Shown: positions 41,495 to 51,958, counted from the first letter of the stretch. The stretch: DNA of 64,000 nucleotides from Candidatus Bathyarchaeota archaeon (GCA_963772455.1 CAVYXJ010000005.1:1-64000), one strand, 5' to 3'. Numbers and translations: made by a program. The notes: generated from the sequence alone by a model not told the origin.

Positions 41495-42461
41495 ATGATA
41501 CGTGTTCTCAACTTGGGCGACAATTCTGAAAGAACAGTGAGTCATGAAGAATTAACAGGATTAAACCTCTCGAGCCTTTGGCTAGAACTTGTTGACCCTA
41601 CTGAAAACGAGTTGAGATCGGTATCAAATGCAACACAGTTTCCCATTACTTTTTTGAGATTACCAACAACTGAAGGATACGTCAATTTACGATTAGAACC
41701 AGATTACGGTGTCATTAATTTTCTTAGTCATGCAAGACATTGTATCAACCAAAAAAACACACCCAGTTGTCCTAGTTTTTTCGAAGACTTTGCTCGTAAC
41801 CGTCGCGACAAAAGAAACTCAGAAAGTCATTGATATTGCTAAAGAACGAATGAGCAAAGCTAAAATAGACCCCCCATCCCACGTTATCTATTTTATCATT
41901 GATGAAATAGTTTCCTCTCATTATATTCAAATTGAAAAACTCGAAAACCTCACCGCAAAAATGGAAGAGGAAGTCGTTGAGAAAACCTCTGCTGACACAT
42001 TAAAGAAAATATTTAGACTTAAATCAAACATGGTTAGCTTTAACAAGCTACTTTGGTATGAACGAGGACTAATTTTTAATATTAAAAAATTCGAAGAAGT
42101 CCACTTGTCTCCAAAAGCCCGAGCCTTATTTGACACAACACATGAGGATTTGACTCGGCAAATAGACATAGTTGAAACTTATAGAGAAATACTTTCAGAC
42201 GCCATAAATGTCCATTTATCAGCAATTTCAAACAAAATTAATCTCTCAATAAAAGCTTTAACAATCGTCATATTCTACTTAACAATTGTAACTACAATTA
42301 CTTCTTTCCCAAACACCGTTGCCACCTTCTTTGGAATTGCCCAGTTTGGAAACACAAATATCCTAATTATCACAACTGCATTATTGCTATCAATTGTTTT
42401 ACCTCTCGTTTGGCTTTGGAAAAAGAGTTGGCTTACCTCGAAGAGACTTGATTACCAATAA
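41495..42461 (+). CDS. CorA-family divalent cation transporter, frameshift near 41720
   Basis: LWLELVDPTENEL, long coiled coil, SNKINLSIKALT, two C-terminal TMs; GMN signature replaced by GIA. Confidence 0.82.
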
Positions 42462-42569
42462 CTCTGAAAAATAATAATTCACCTCGCACCATCCAAAACA
42501 TATTCTAACTATAAAACAGGAAAGCTACTGCGATAACTTGGATAAACTAAACAATAATTTGGGAATAAC

Positions 42570-42995
42570 ATGAGCCAAAAACAACCACCCATAATCACTT
42601 ACAAAGGCAGAAGAATAGGCATCGTCATTTTAGTTGTTTCACAATTAATTATCGGAGCTATCCACGCTTTCTTCGGGTTACTTCTTCTTGTATATGAAAA
42701 CTTTTCGTTCCTTCCAACAACAGCATTTTACGACATCAACACTTTTATTTTTGGGTTGTTAGCTTTAGTATTCGCAGTCTTTATTTGGCAAGACAAAAAG
42801 ATTGGGTGGATAGGCACAATTGCAGTTTCGTTATTTGTGATTGCTGCAGATTCTTTGACTCTTCTAGATTTACCAAGTATCCCAGGGATTCCAAAGTTTG
42901 CAGGATTTACTGAAATAGCTTATAGTGTTTTGGTTGTGGGTTATTTGCTTCAAACCAGAATAAGAAGAAAATATTTCAATCATAAGAAAAATTAA
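42570..42995 (+). CDS. Hypothetical membrane protein
   Basis: Four hydrophobic helices. Confidence 0.7.
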   Translation: MSQKQPPIITYKGRRIGIVILVVSQLIIGAIHAFFGLLLLVYENFSFLPTTAFYDINTFIFGLLALVFAVFIWQDKKIGWIGTIAVSLFVIAADSLTLLDLPSIPGIPKFAGFTEIAYSVLVVGYLLQTRIRRKYFNHKKN

Positions 42996-43024
42996 ACTTC
43001 TAAAGATATTAGAAAAACCCTAAT

Positions 43025-43690
43025 TTATCTAAGGGTTGCATTGTTGGGGTAGCCTCTGCTTTCCCAGTAACCCAGATAATCAGGGTTATCTGTTAATTCA
43101 ATGTTGGTAATCCATTTCGCCCATTTGTAGCCATATTGGCTTTCAGCGACGAGTTCGAACGGGAAGCCACGTTCAGGTGGAAGTGTCAAACCATTCATCT
43201 TGTAAGCAATAATGATGTTTTTGTCTGTGATGTAATCGATCGGGAGCTCAGTTGAATAGCCATCGTATGCGTAAAAGATTGCTGCCACCGCACTCGAGTT
43301 GACGCCTGCTTCTTTCAGCAAATCGTTTACGAGAAATCCTTCCCAAAGAATCTTAACCGACCAACCTTCAACACAATAAAGGGTTACGACTTTTTCATAT
43401 TTCTGGAACTTGCTAAGTATCTCGTCGTAAGTGTAATTCACTGTTTTGTTAACCAATCCAGTTATTGACAAGCGATAAGTGGAGATGTCGACTTGTTGTG
43501 GTCCCTTAATCGAGTTTTCCCTAAAGTCTCCGATTGAAGAAAGGTTTTCGCCTTGGTAATCGCGGATTTCTCCGGGATACAACCTTTTAGGCTGATTCAC
43601 TCCATAGTAGACGGCTAAGAAAACAAGCACTAACAACATTATTGTTAAAGAAACCGCAATTAATTTTTGATAGCGATTTTTTTTCTCCAT
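43025..43690 (-). CDS. Sulfite-oxidase-family molybdopterin-dependent oxidoreductase
   Basis: LYCVEGWS, DGYSTEL, LPPERGFPFELV, YGYKWAKW, GYWESRGY. Confidence 0.92.
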   Translation of the reverse strand: MEKKNRYQKLIAVSLTIMLLVLVFLAVYYGVNQPKRLYPGEIRDYQGENLSSIGDFRENSIKGPQQVDISTYRLSITGLVNKTVNYTYDEILSKFQKYEKVVTLYCVEGWSVKILWEGFLVNDLLKEAGVNSSAVAAIFYAYDGYSTELPIDYITDKNIIIAYKMNGLTLPPERGFPFELVAESQYGYKWAKWITNIELTDNPDYLGYWESRGYPNNATLR

Positions 43691-43782
43691 TCTTATTCAG
43701 CTCAAAAAAGTAAGAACCCTTTAACCCACTGAATGGATGTCCATCATACTTAAAAAACCCAATCCTTATTCAAAAAATTTAC

Positions 43783-44229
43783 TTACCAAAAAATCGAAAG
43801 TTGATTCGCAGGATAACAAAATATTAAGCTTTTTTTTAGCGTACTCAAATACTTAGGCAATCCTTCGATGCATTGAATTTCTCTGCCTGCAATTGCGCGT
43901 AGAGCATGCCAAAACTTCAGGTTCACCAAGATTTTTTCCCATTCCAGGCTCTCTTGAAGATGTTTAGTACCTTCTTGTCCTCGTCGATCAAAATCAAGTA
44001 ACAGAATAACTTCTCTTGAACATAGCCTTTGGATTTCTACCGTTGCTTCAAGAAAAGATTTACCTCCAGTCTTCACCATTAAAATCGGGCCTTTAGCGCC
44101 CAATTCTTGAAGAGCATCAGCATCTTTCTTGCCTTCAACAATTAGTGGAGTACCTTCCGATGATTTTTCTATCAACTGTGTTATGATTTGCTCTATTTTC
44201 TCTAATTTTTCTTTACGGTGTGTAGACAA
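43783..44229 (-). CDS. Small Toprim-domain protein
   Basis: IVEGKKD and LLLDFDRRG. Confidence 0.9.
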   Translation of the reverse strand: MSTHRKEKLEKIEQIITQLIEKSSEGTPLIVEGKKDADALQELGAKGPILMVKTGGKSFLEATVEIQRLCSREVILLLDFDRRGQEGTKHLQESLEWEKILVNLKFWHALRAIAGREIQCIEGLPKYLSTLKKSLIFCYPANQLSIFW

Positions 44230-44234
44230 AACAG

Positions 44235-45323
44235 TTACCGGGTAATCTTTGCATTGCGTACAGTCTCTAAACAGTCTTTGGCTTCTTTATTATTTTCAAA
44301 GTAGCGTCTAACTGGTTCAAGGATGCTTGCAAGTTCAGTTGCAACACCATTTTTAAGATCCATCGGATGCAATTTGCCATCTGAATAGGCTGCCTCAAGT
44401 TCTTGGAAGCACTGGAACTCTGCATTTCCGCCGAATTTAGCTGGACGCTCTATTCTAAAGACTGGTTTTTCCCTGAAAATAATGTATTTGCAAATGTCCA
44501 TTATAGGATTGTACTTTACGGTTCTTTCTGGACAGAACGCTTTACTCATCTTTTGCTTGATTTCCTCTGGTGAATCATAAATGAAGATGCAGGTGTCTGG
44601 TTTACTCTTAGACATTTTTGCTGAAGCAACTGCTTCTCTTTCTTGTCCTTCGGGAATTGGCCAAATTCCAGGTTTAGCTAAGCCCTGCAACAAATGGTGA
44701 TGTACGGAAACCGGTTTCCAGCAACCGATTTTTTCTCCGATTTCTCTTCCAACCATGTTTGCTTTGCGTTGATCCATGCCTAGTTGACAAATTTTGACTT
44801 TCATATGGAAGATATCGGCCACCTGCATAGGTGTGTAGAGATAGTCGGAAACGTAGTGGGCTTCACCCTCTTTTCTACCGGCGATTTCAAGAGTTCGAGT
44901 TGTTCGAGCTAAAGTCAGGTTCTTGGCTATTATCACTGTTTTTGCCCAATAGTCAATGTCTTTGTAGAGTTCATCCGAATAAATGAATTCGACTTTATCG
45001 CCTGGCACCCCAAGGGCGAGCCAGGAATGTCTAAAGAGGTCTGCGGCTTTGCGGATAAGGGTTAAGTCGCCACCAAGTTTGTTGTTTAACCATGCATGCC
45101 AAGTTGCCAAGAACGCTTTGAAGTGGATTCCAGCTTCCGCAAAGTCTTTCATTTTATAGGCGCAAATAACGCCTGTTCCTAAATGTGCTAGACCAGAAGG
45201 TTCCCAACCGTTATAGGCGATTGGGTGTTCTTCAGTTTCTAGAAGCGCTCTCAAATCCTCTGCAGTGACTAATTCTTCAGTTGGTGGTCTGCAAATTAAT
45301 TCAATTTTCTTTTCTATGTCCAA
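44235..45323 (-). CDS. tyrS: Tyrosine-tRNA ligase (archaeal type)
   Basis: YNGWEPSGLAHLG, YTPMQVADIF, LGMDQRK, KMSKS, LHPMDLK. Confidence 0.95.
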   Translation of the reverse strand: MDIEKKIELICRPPTEELVTAEDLRALLETEEHPIAYNGWEPSGLAHLGTGVICAYKMKDFAEAGIHFKAFLATWHAWLNNKLGGDLTLIRKAADLFRHSWLALGVPGDKVEFIYSDELYKDIDYWAKTVIIAKNLTLARTTRTLEIAGRKEGEAHYVSDYLYTPMQVADIFHMKVKICQLGMDQRKANMVGREIGEKIGCWKPVSVHHHLLQGLAKPGIWPIPEGQEREAVASAKMSKSKPDTCIFIYDSPEEIKQKMSKAFCPERTVKYNPIMDICKYIIFREKPVFRIERPAKFGGNAEFQCFQELEAAYSDGKLHPMDLKNGVATELASILEPVRRYFENNKEAKDCLETVRNAKITR

Positions 45324-45620
45324 ATTGGCACCAAACCCTTAGTGGTTATAGGTTTAATGCTAGTGATGAACTTAAAAATTCGCTTTCTACTCTAAATTCG
45401 CTAGCTGAATTCTGCCTCTTTAAGAGGAAATAATAAAAAACATTTTTTTTCAAAAAAAAATAGTTTGCTAAGGTATCTGGGTAAATATAATTACAAATAG
45501 GTTCACAATATAATTGTTAATTAGGTTACAAAAACCCAAGATAATTATTGATTAAAAAAGGAAAAGATGTAGTTTGCGCGTATAGCATTCAAAATCTGGT
45601 CGGTGATAGTACTATTGGAG

Positions 45621-46349
45621 TCATTTTTGACTATACCGATTATGATGAGTGAAGTCTCCAATATCTCTTCTGACGCGCAAGTCCTTTGCGGGTGCGGGTA
45701 TTGTTGGATATCCCAGACGAATTGTGTAAGAAATCTTTAACGGGTCAGGGATATCAAGAATCTGCTTCAGTTCCTCCTCTACAGATACCGTTGCTGATAG
45801 ACTTAGAATCTGCATGCCAATTCCCAAAGCTTGTGCAGTCAGCCAGATATTTTCCATAAGGCAGCCTAAACCGATAAAGCCGTAAATATCCACAGCAAGA
45901 GCGGGTGCTTTCTTTCTTGGGTCATATAAAACCATTAGAAGAGTTGGGCTCCCTCTAATGGAATTACTAATCGGTATTGGGGGAGAACGCGCGATTTGGC
46001 TGAATTTGGCTGGGTCAACCCAGTCCGGCGGAAAACCAGTTGACAAAATCCCTGCCTTCTTATGCTTGAGCTCCTCCTCTGAGAATGACAAGTGCCCATA
46101 GTTATCGCGTAAGAAATCCTCTAAAACGCATGATTTTATACTGCTTATTCTTCCAAGCACCGCTCTGTCGTCGACAACCATGATTTCGTAGTTCTGCATG
46201 TTGTGTCCTGTAGGCGCCCAACGTGCAGCCTCCAATAAATGTTCGAGATTCTCCTTAGAGATTGGTCTATTTGGGTCAAATGGAACACGAACGGATTTAC
46301 GTTCCTTAATAGTCTTAAAAACGTCTTTCAAACGAAAACCCTTTAACAC
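45621..46349 (-). CDS. Nitroreductase family protein
   Basis: IKERKSVR, EAARWAPTGHNMQ, ENIWLTAQALGIG, IRLGYP. Confidence 0.92.
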   Translation of the reverse strand: MLKGFRLKDVFKTIKERKSVRVPFDPNRPISKENLEHLLEAARWAPTGHNMQNYEIMVVDDRAVLGRISSIKSCVLEDFLRDNYGHLSFSEEELKHKKAGILSTGFPPDWVDPAKFSQIARSPPIPISNSIRGSPTLLMVLYDPRKKAPALAVDIYGFIGLGCLMENIWLTAQALGIGMQILSLSATVSVEEELKQILDIPDPLKISYTIRLGYPTIPAPAKDLRVRRDIGDFTHHNRYSQK

Positions 46350-46763
46350 ATAATTTATTCTGGAAAATGAACTTTTCGTCCAAAATATCCTTTATATTTC
46401 GAAATTGCCTGCTTTTCTTGTAGCCATAACACTTTGGCATAATTATCAAAGGATTTACCAACATAATTCTCAATTAGGTTAGAAAAAGCTGAGATAATTA
46501 TTAACCCAAAACAACCCTTTTCCTTTTATTGTTTTTAAAGTAAAGTTAGGTATAGCATATGTGGAGTGTGAGAGGAATGAAAGCGATAGTGGTAACTCCT
46601 TCATCTTGAAAAAATAAACGTTTTCTCTTTAAATTATCATTTATTTTTGAAATCATCCTTATCTCTTAGTTCATTATTGTATATGAAGTATCCAGATTTG
46701 GTTCATTGAGCAGAAAGCTTTTCTCTTTTTGAATGGCATATTTGGAAAGTATGTGAATCAAAT

Positions 46764-46985
46764 TTGGATATTATGAAAGCAATAAAATTAAGGAAAGACC
46801 TTCAAATCACCAATTTTCCACGAATGCAACTTCTTGGCACTTGTAAAGAAGGTTATTTGCTATGCATAAGCGCAATTTTAGTTAATGCTTTGCTTCTTAG
46901 GCAGATAGAACTTGTTGCTAAAGAAAACAAGTTATCCATAGTTTTTGAACAGGGTTACTGGATGCTTATTGGTCAAAGCAACTAG
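46764..46985 (+). CDS. Small hypothetical protein
   Basis: 73-aa ORF with upstream GTGA; no recognised motif. Confidence 0.45.
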   Translation: MDIMKAIKLRKDLQITNFPRMQLLGTCKEGYLLCISAILVNALLLRQIELVAKENKLSIVFEQGYWMLIGQSN

Positions 46986-47451
46986 CGTTCAGGTCGCTGT
47001 GAAACTAAAACACGTCCACTTCCCAATAGCTCTTTGACCTGCCAAAGGCGAGTTATGCACCTAAAACTCAGAGTTAAAAGTAGAAGAAGCGCAAATTTTT
47101 TTCTCTTCTTCTTCTAATGAATATATTTTTCGAGTTCGTGTTGATAAAGACTAAATAAAACAATTTGCAACCACTTTTCAGAAACTACAAAAATAAGGTC
47201 GCTGAGGGCTTGAAACCTAAACTAAATTCCATCCAAAAATATCCGTTTATTTTCTACTAATTTATAGAAGAGCAGTATTCCTTAATTAAATTAGGATTGT
47301 GTTTTTAGGGACCATAAGAAGGGTATAACTTGGGAACTCAGGAACAAACCTTACCATCAAAAACTTATTTTTTGCCTTATGATGCTATTATTTGAAAAAA
47401 GAAAAGATTGGTTTTTAAATTAAGATTTAACCAAATCAACTTTGCAGGAGT

Positions 47452-48042
47452 TTATTTTTCTTGCAGCACCTGAAGTTTAGCCTTGTATTCTTCTTCAGAT
47501 ATTTCTCCCTTAATAAACCTCAATTTCAACTGAACTAACGGATCTTCAACAGATTGAGACTGAACAGAAGTATTCTGCCTAAAAATCATCTCCTTAGGTT
47601 TATTAAACTCCCAATCCGCCATACCAAGAAGCTCACCCTTACGCTTCATTGAAACCGGCTCAACCGCGATACCATTATAAGCAATTTCCAAAGCATCAAT
47701 AAAATTCGCCATATCCCCGCGATTTACTCTCTCCACCGTAAAAATAGCACCATCCTCCATTTTAACCGTAACTTCTCCCCACACAACTGCCCCTCTATGC
47801 GCACTAATTTGAAGCACCTTCTGCAAAGGCAAGGATTTGAAGTCGTATCTACCCAAATGTTTCTCATCAAAATAGATAAGGCGAATGTTCGTAAGCACTA
47901 TGTAATTTGTTCGTTCAGCTATAACAAAGCTGTTGAGGGAACTGATAACTTCTTCGCCAGGGGAAAGATTCTTCTTTAAACCGCCGGGTAACTTATCAAC
48001 TAAATTTTTACTAGAAGGTTTCTCACTCACTTTATACACCAT
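47452..48042 (-). CDS. Bacterial PH-like domain protein with C-terminal SHOCT domain
   Basis: LSPGEEVI...IVLTNIRLIY; LKLRFIKGEISEEEYKAKL. Confidence 0.82.
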   Translation of the reverse strand: MVYKVSEKPSSKNLVDKLPGGLKKNLSPGEEVISSLNSFVIAERTNYIVLTNIRLIYFDEKHLGRYDFKSLPLQKVLQISAHRGAVVWGEVTVKMEDGAIFTVERVNRGDMANFIDALEIAYNGIAVEPVSMKRKGELLGMADWEFNKPKEMIFRQNTSVQSQSVEDPLVQLKLRFIKGEISEEEYKAKLQVLQEK

Positions 48043-48142
48043 CTTACAAGATTAATGGTATTTTATTCCTGTATTAAAAAGTATGCAGATCACAAAAATA
48101 ATGGATTCCTTCAAAGGCGCTTACTCGTTTTAAATGTCTGCC

Positions 48143-48203
48143 TGTAACTCTCTGTTGACACACGCTTGTAACTATAGTTCTACAGTCACAAATCGTTAAG
48201 TAG
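48143..48203 (+). promoter_or_regulatory. Motif copy D with an extra upstream TGT-N12-ACA box
   Basis: TGT-aactctctgttg-ACA (48143-48160), then TTGTA-actatagttct-ACAGTCACA-aatcg-TTAAGTAG. Confidence 0.72.
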
Positions 48204-48247
48204 ACTCGAAAAAACAATAAATCAGGTATACAAGAGGTGATTAGCCA

Positions 48248-48366
48248 ATGAAGTTTTTCCGTAATATCAAAGCTGGTTTAGCTGGATGGCTCTGGTATGC
48301 TATTATATAGTAGTATTAGTAATAGTTCTCATCGTTGCTTTAAGATTCCTTTTTAACCTGATATAA
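48248..48366 (+). CDS. Probable ~39-aa single-TM microprotein (needs one 1-nt correction)
   Basis: GAGGTGA RBS; MKFFRNIKAGLAGWLWYAII then VVLVIVLIVALRFLFNLI* in the shifted frame. Confidence 0.55.
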
Positions 48367-48667
48367 ATTAAGCTAAAAAAGAGTCAGTTAAAATAAACCC
48401 ACACCAGCCATATTTTCTCACCACAATTAATTTAAAAGAAAACAAGCATTCGCTTTTGATTTTAACTTCCACAATCAACTTAGTCTTTCTTAGGGTGAGA
48501 AACCACTACGTTAAATCCTTATTTCTTTATTTGCCGACAAGGTGGCGCAACGGCGGTGAAAAATTCCACAGCCACTCTCAAACTTTGAAATGCAAGAGGT
48601 AAGCCGCAGAAAAATTCTTCTTGATGTAACCAATTATGTCTTAACCTAAGCGAGAGTCACGATAATT

Positions 48668-49441
48668 ATGTCTGAAAAAAAGACGCCAACAGTCTTGGCT
48701 ATCTCAGGTTCTCTAAGAAGCCCCTCTTTTACTGATAAAATGTTAGATAGCTTGCTTAAAGGAATGGGTGAAGTGGAAGTTCACAAGTTTTATCCTCATA
48801 AGATGAAGATTGGACCTTGCACAAGCTGTTGGAGCTGCTGGCAAGGAAAAAACAAAGGTGAATGTGTCCAGAAAGACGATTTTCAATCAATATACGATAT
48901 TTACAAAAAGTGTGATTACTTTATCATCGCTGCACCAGTTTACGTTTTTGGTTTTCCAGCAACTGTCAAAAACGTGATAGATAGGTTCTTTATAAACTTG
49001 GAACCTTCCCAGATTTTAATGGAGAACGGGATAACTAATCACCCTCAACGGCATGCATCTAAGGCAAAAGGTGTCTTGGTTTCATCTTGTGGTTTTCCAG
49101 ATATGGAGAATTTTACTCTAATGAGTGAACATTTTAAGAAGTTTATGATGCACTTTGGATTAACTTGGGCAGGCGAAGCTCTAATACCATCAGCTGGGGC
49201 AGCAAACGTTCCTCATTTGCTTGATGGCAACATTGAGGCAGTTAGACAAGCTGGTGCCGAATTGGTTAATGGCATAATATCTTCTGAAACAATGCGCATT
49301 ATTAGTGACGTTCCAATATCTAAAAACGATTATAGGGAAATGACTAATGCCAGCTTCAAAGGAGGACTATCTGGAAAAGCAAAGACTTTTGCCATTGGAA
49401 TCAAAGCAATAAGAAATAAAGGTAAGAAAAAACAGTTTTGA
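48668..49441 (+). CDS. Flavodoxin-fold iron-sulfur flavoprotein / NADPH-dependent FMN reductase family
   Basis: ISGSLR, PCTSCWSCW...CVQKDD, APVY...KNVIDR. Confidence 0.88.
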   Translation: MSEKKTPTVLAISGSLRSPSFTDKMLDSLLKGMGEVEVHKFYPHKMKIGPCTSCWSCWQGKNKGECVQKDDFQSIYDIYKKCDYFIIAAPVYVFGFPATVKNVIDRFFINLEPSQILMENGITNHPQRHASKAKGVLVSSCGFPDMENFTLMSEHFKKFMMHFGLTWAGEALIPSAGAANVPHLLDGNIEAVRQAGAELVNGIISSETMRIISDVPISKNDYREMTNASFKGGLSGKAKTFAIGIKAIRNKGKKKQF

Positions 49442-49521
49442 TGATTCTTCCAATGGCATATGTAATCTTCAAAGAGTGTTAAACTCAAATTCTCCACGAA
49501 AAACGTCATTTCATGAGTTAA

Positions 49522-49800
49522 CTATTTTTTCAAATCAATTAGCATTTTTAACACCAATTTAAGTGCAGAGTCATAGCCATCGCAATATTCTTTGCTGGAG
49601 TCTTTGTCCGCATAGATTTGCTGCACAATTTCTTTTCCAATGCCTTCATTAGTTAGCTGGATTGAGCCTTCTTTTAGCCATATCAAAGCATCAATATACC
49701 CGTGTTCTGAGTCTGAAAGCTCATCTGTTGTAGATGATTCTGCTTTCTGCCTGATTATTTCCTCAATCTTTTCTTTTAACTCGTTCTCAACCTTGCTCAC
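49522..49800 (-). CDS. Hypothetical protein with internal duplication
   Basis: Two similar helices, GYIDALIWL and GYDSALKLV. Confidence 0.6.
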   Translation of the reverse strand: MSKVENELKEKIEEIIRQKAESSTTDELSDSEHGYIDALIWLKEGSIQLTNEGIGKEIVQQIYADKDSSKEYCDGYDSALKLVLKMLIDLKK

Positions 49801-49837
49801 TTCTTCTCACCAATTCGATTACTTGTTTGTTATAGAG

Positions 49838-50766
49838 TTAAGTAGCTATCGGATTACCCAAGCGATTTCGACTCCATTTAAATTGATTTGTATTAAACCA
49901 TAGAGCCACCCCAAGAATTGGCAGCGTCAGCATCCAAAAATCCGTTAAAGGCAAGAAATCACGGTAAACAGGAACCCAAACAGAAACCACATCATAAATG
50001 ACAAAATAAACTCCAACTAGACATATGGCAGCCCCAACAAAGCGAAAGTTGGGTTTTCCATGGCGCCAAAAATCTAAGCAAACAACAGATGTAACTATGG
50101 CAGCAACAAGTAAGGTCAACCAAGAATTCAAAAACCCAAGGAACTCAAAAAAGCCAGTTTGAGGTGGCGCCAAAGATGAGAGCGCATAAACCCAAAACAA
50201 ACCATGCCTAACCCAAAAACCAAACAAGTACAAAGGAGCGACAATAACTACCCACTTAATAATCGAAGAGGTATATTGAGTGTGTTTTAGTTTGTGACTC
50301 AGCATAAACAAAGCAGGGAAAATAAGCAGGGATTGAAGCAGAACGGAAACACCCGAGTAAGAAATTCAAGAAGGCACTCGTTGAAATAATGGACCCGATC
50401 AGATGATTTACCGCCGCAGGTAACAGTAGCAGGAAGTAGAGCGATTCAAAAAGCAAAACAAGCCTAAACTTTTGGAGATATTTAGGGTTATTTTTCAGAT
50501 AAAGTATAGCAGAGTAAACGGCTAAGATAGCAGCTATTAGGCGAAGGTAGCTTCCAACAGAACCAGCGAGTTCTTGGAACAAAAAAAGAACAAGTTGTAG
50601 CTCGGGTTGGCTACTAGTTATGAAATGTGGCAAGACAACAATGTACGGTTGGGAAATTTACAACAAATAGGGTTGTTGTAATTGCCTGATAAAAAGTGTA
50701 GAGCAAAAAAGAGATAGCGACAACGATTAGCGCTGTTTTCATAAAAGAGTTCGTTTGTGGATTCAC
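49838..50766 (-). CDS. Multi-pass membrane protein, frameshifted
   Basis: Consecutive hydrophobic ORF pieces (49838-50311, 50256-50633, and an upstream piece from GTG 50766). Confidence 0.6.
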
Positions 50767-51177
50767 CGCCAATCAGTTTCTTAACAGGTTATTATCCCAA
50801 ATATCAGCTTTAGCTTTTTCACTTGATTTAATAGTAAGGATAGAGAAATCGATAAAGACTATCATATTTTAATGTGCAGAAATGTCTAGTAACAGAAAAC
50901 CAAACTTATCTCAATCAGAGTATTTGTAATATTTCTTGCAGTCGCAGCTATAATCTTACTCAACGAACAATATTGGCACTTCTATACCATATTGGCGGCA
51001 GTCGGATCCATTATCCTTGGCTCAAGTTATAAAAAAACTAATCCACACAAAATACTTAACCTGATAGTTTCTTCAACATAGTTTTGACAGCAACGCCATA
51101 TCGATTTAGACAGTTTTCCCAAGCACTCAATGTAAGACAAATTAAGAACAAAGAACTATATAATTTAGGTGAATGTT

Positions 51178-51339
51178 TTGCGTAAACAACACAGACCAGA
51201 AGGAAATACAATCTCCCCAAACAGGAGCAGTTTAGCAAGAAAAGCAAATGCCGCCAATAGTTCAAGACAAAAGCAAGCCAACGCCAATCGTTCAAGACAG
51301 ACCCAAGCTGACAATTCAAAGAAGAAAAACAGTGCCTAA
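51178..51339 (+). CDS. 53-aa basic hydrophilic microprotein (not in ORF track)
   Basis: AGGTGA RBS at 51167-51172; MRKQHRPEGNTISPNRSSLARKANAANSSRQKQANANRSRQTQADNSKKKNSA with a 10-aa repeat. Confidence 0.55.
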   Translation: MRKQHRPEGNTISPNRSSLARKANAANSSRQKQANANRSRQTQADNSKKKNSA

Positions 51340-51445
51340 ACAAAATACAAAAAATCAATGAACTGCACAATTATGCATCGAAAGATTGGGCGTCAAAAAA
51401 AGAAATCTGATGCTAAGAAATTAGAAATATGGAAATTTAGGTTTC

Positions 51446-51733
51446 CTATCCTTTTGTAAGCACTATTTCAATTGTTGAAACCATTCGTGATCTAGTTTCG
51501 CCTTCTCTTGCCGGCATCTCTTCTGTACCTATCGCGATTTTGCTCACTTTGAGGTCTTTTAGGAAGCGATTTCTTGTTATTTCAGCTGCGTCAACTGCTG
51601 TAGTTATTGCTTGTCCTCTGGCCTTCAAAGTTATTTCTTTTGAATTGCTCGATGACATTCCTGTGATAATCGCTAGAACATAGTCCATGGGCATTTTATT
51701 TCCAATATATACAATTCCTGATCTTTCAGTCAT
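51446..51733 (-). CDS. albA: DNA/RNA-binding protein Alba
   Basis: VYIGNKMPMDYVLA, LKARGQAITTAVDAAEI, VSTIEIVL. Confidence 0.96.
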   Translation of the reverse strand: MTERSGIVYIGNKMPMDYVLAIITGMSSSNSKEITLKARGQAITTAVDAAEITRNRFLKDLKVSKIAIGTEEMPAREGETRSRMVSTIEIVLTKG

Positions 51734-51958
51734 TTCAATCACCATTTCAACAAAACGTTATGCACTATACAATACAACATTACTTATAAGAACAATTAAA
51801 GAAATAGGCGCGTCCAGTTTTTAGTGTTATCAATAGTTGCTTCTTGAAATTGGTCTAAGGTTTTCGATTTTTAATTGTACCATATGATACACATATAGTA
51901 CAATTTGTGCCATAAATGTCGCAATATTTAATAGTTCGCATCCACAATCCAATATTTA

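Noticed and set aside
51056-51370. 104-aa minus-strand ORF
   Set aside because: Likely shadow of the RBS-bearing + strand microprotein at 51178-51339
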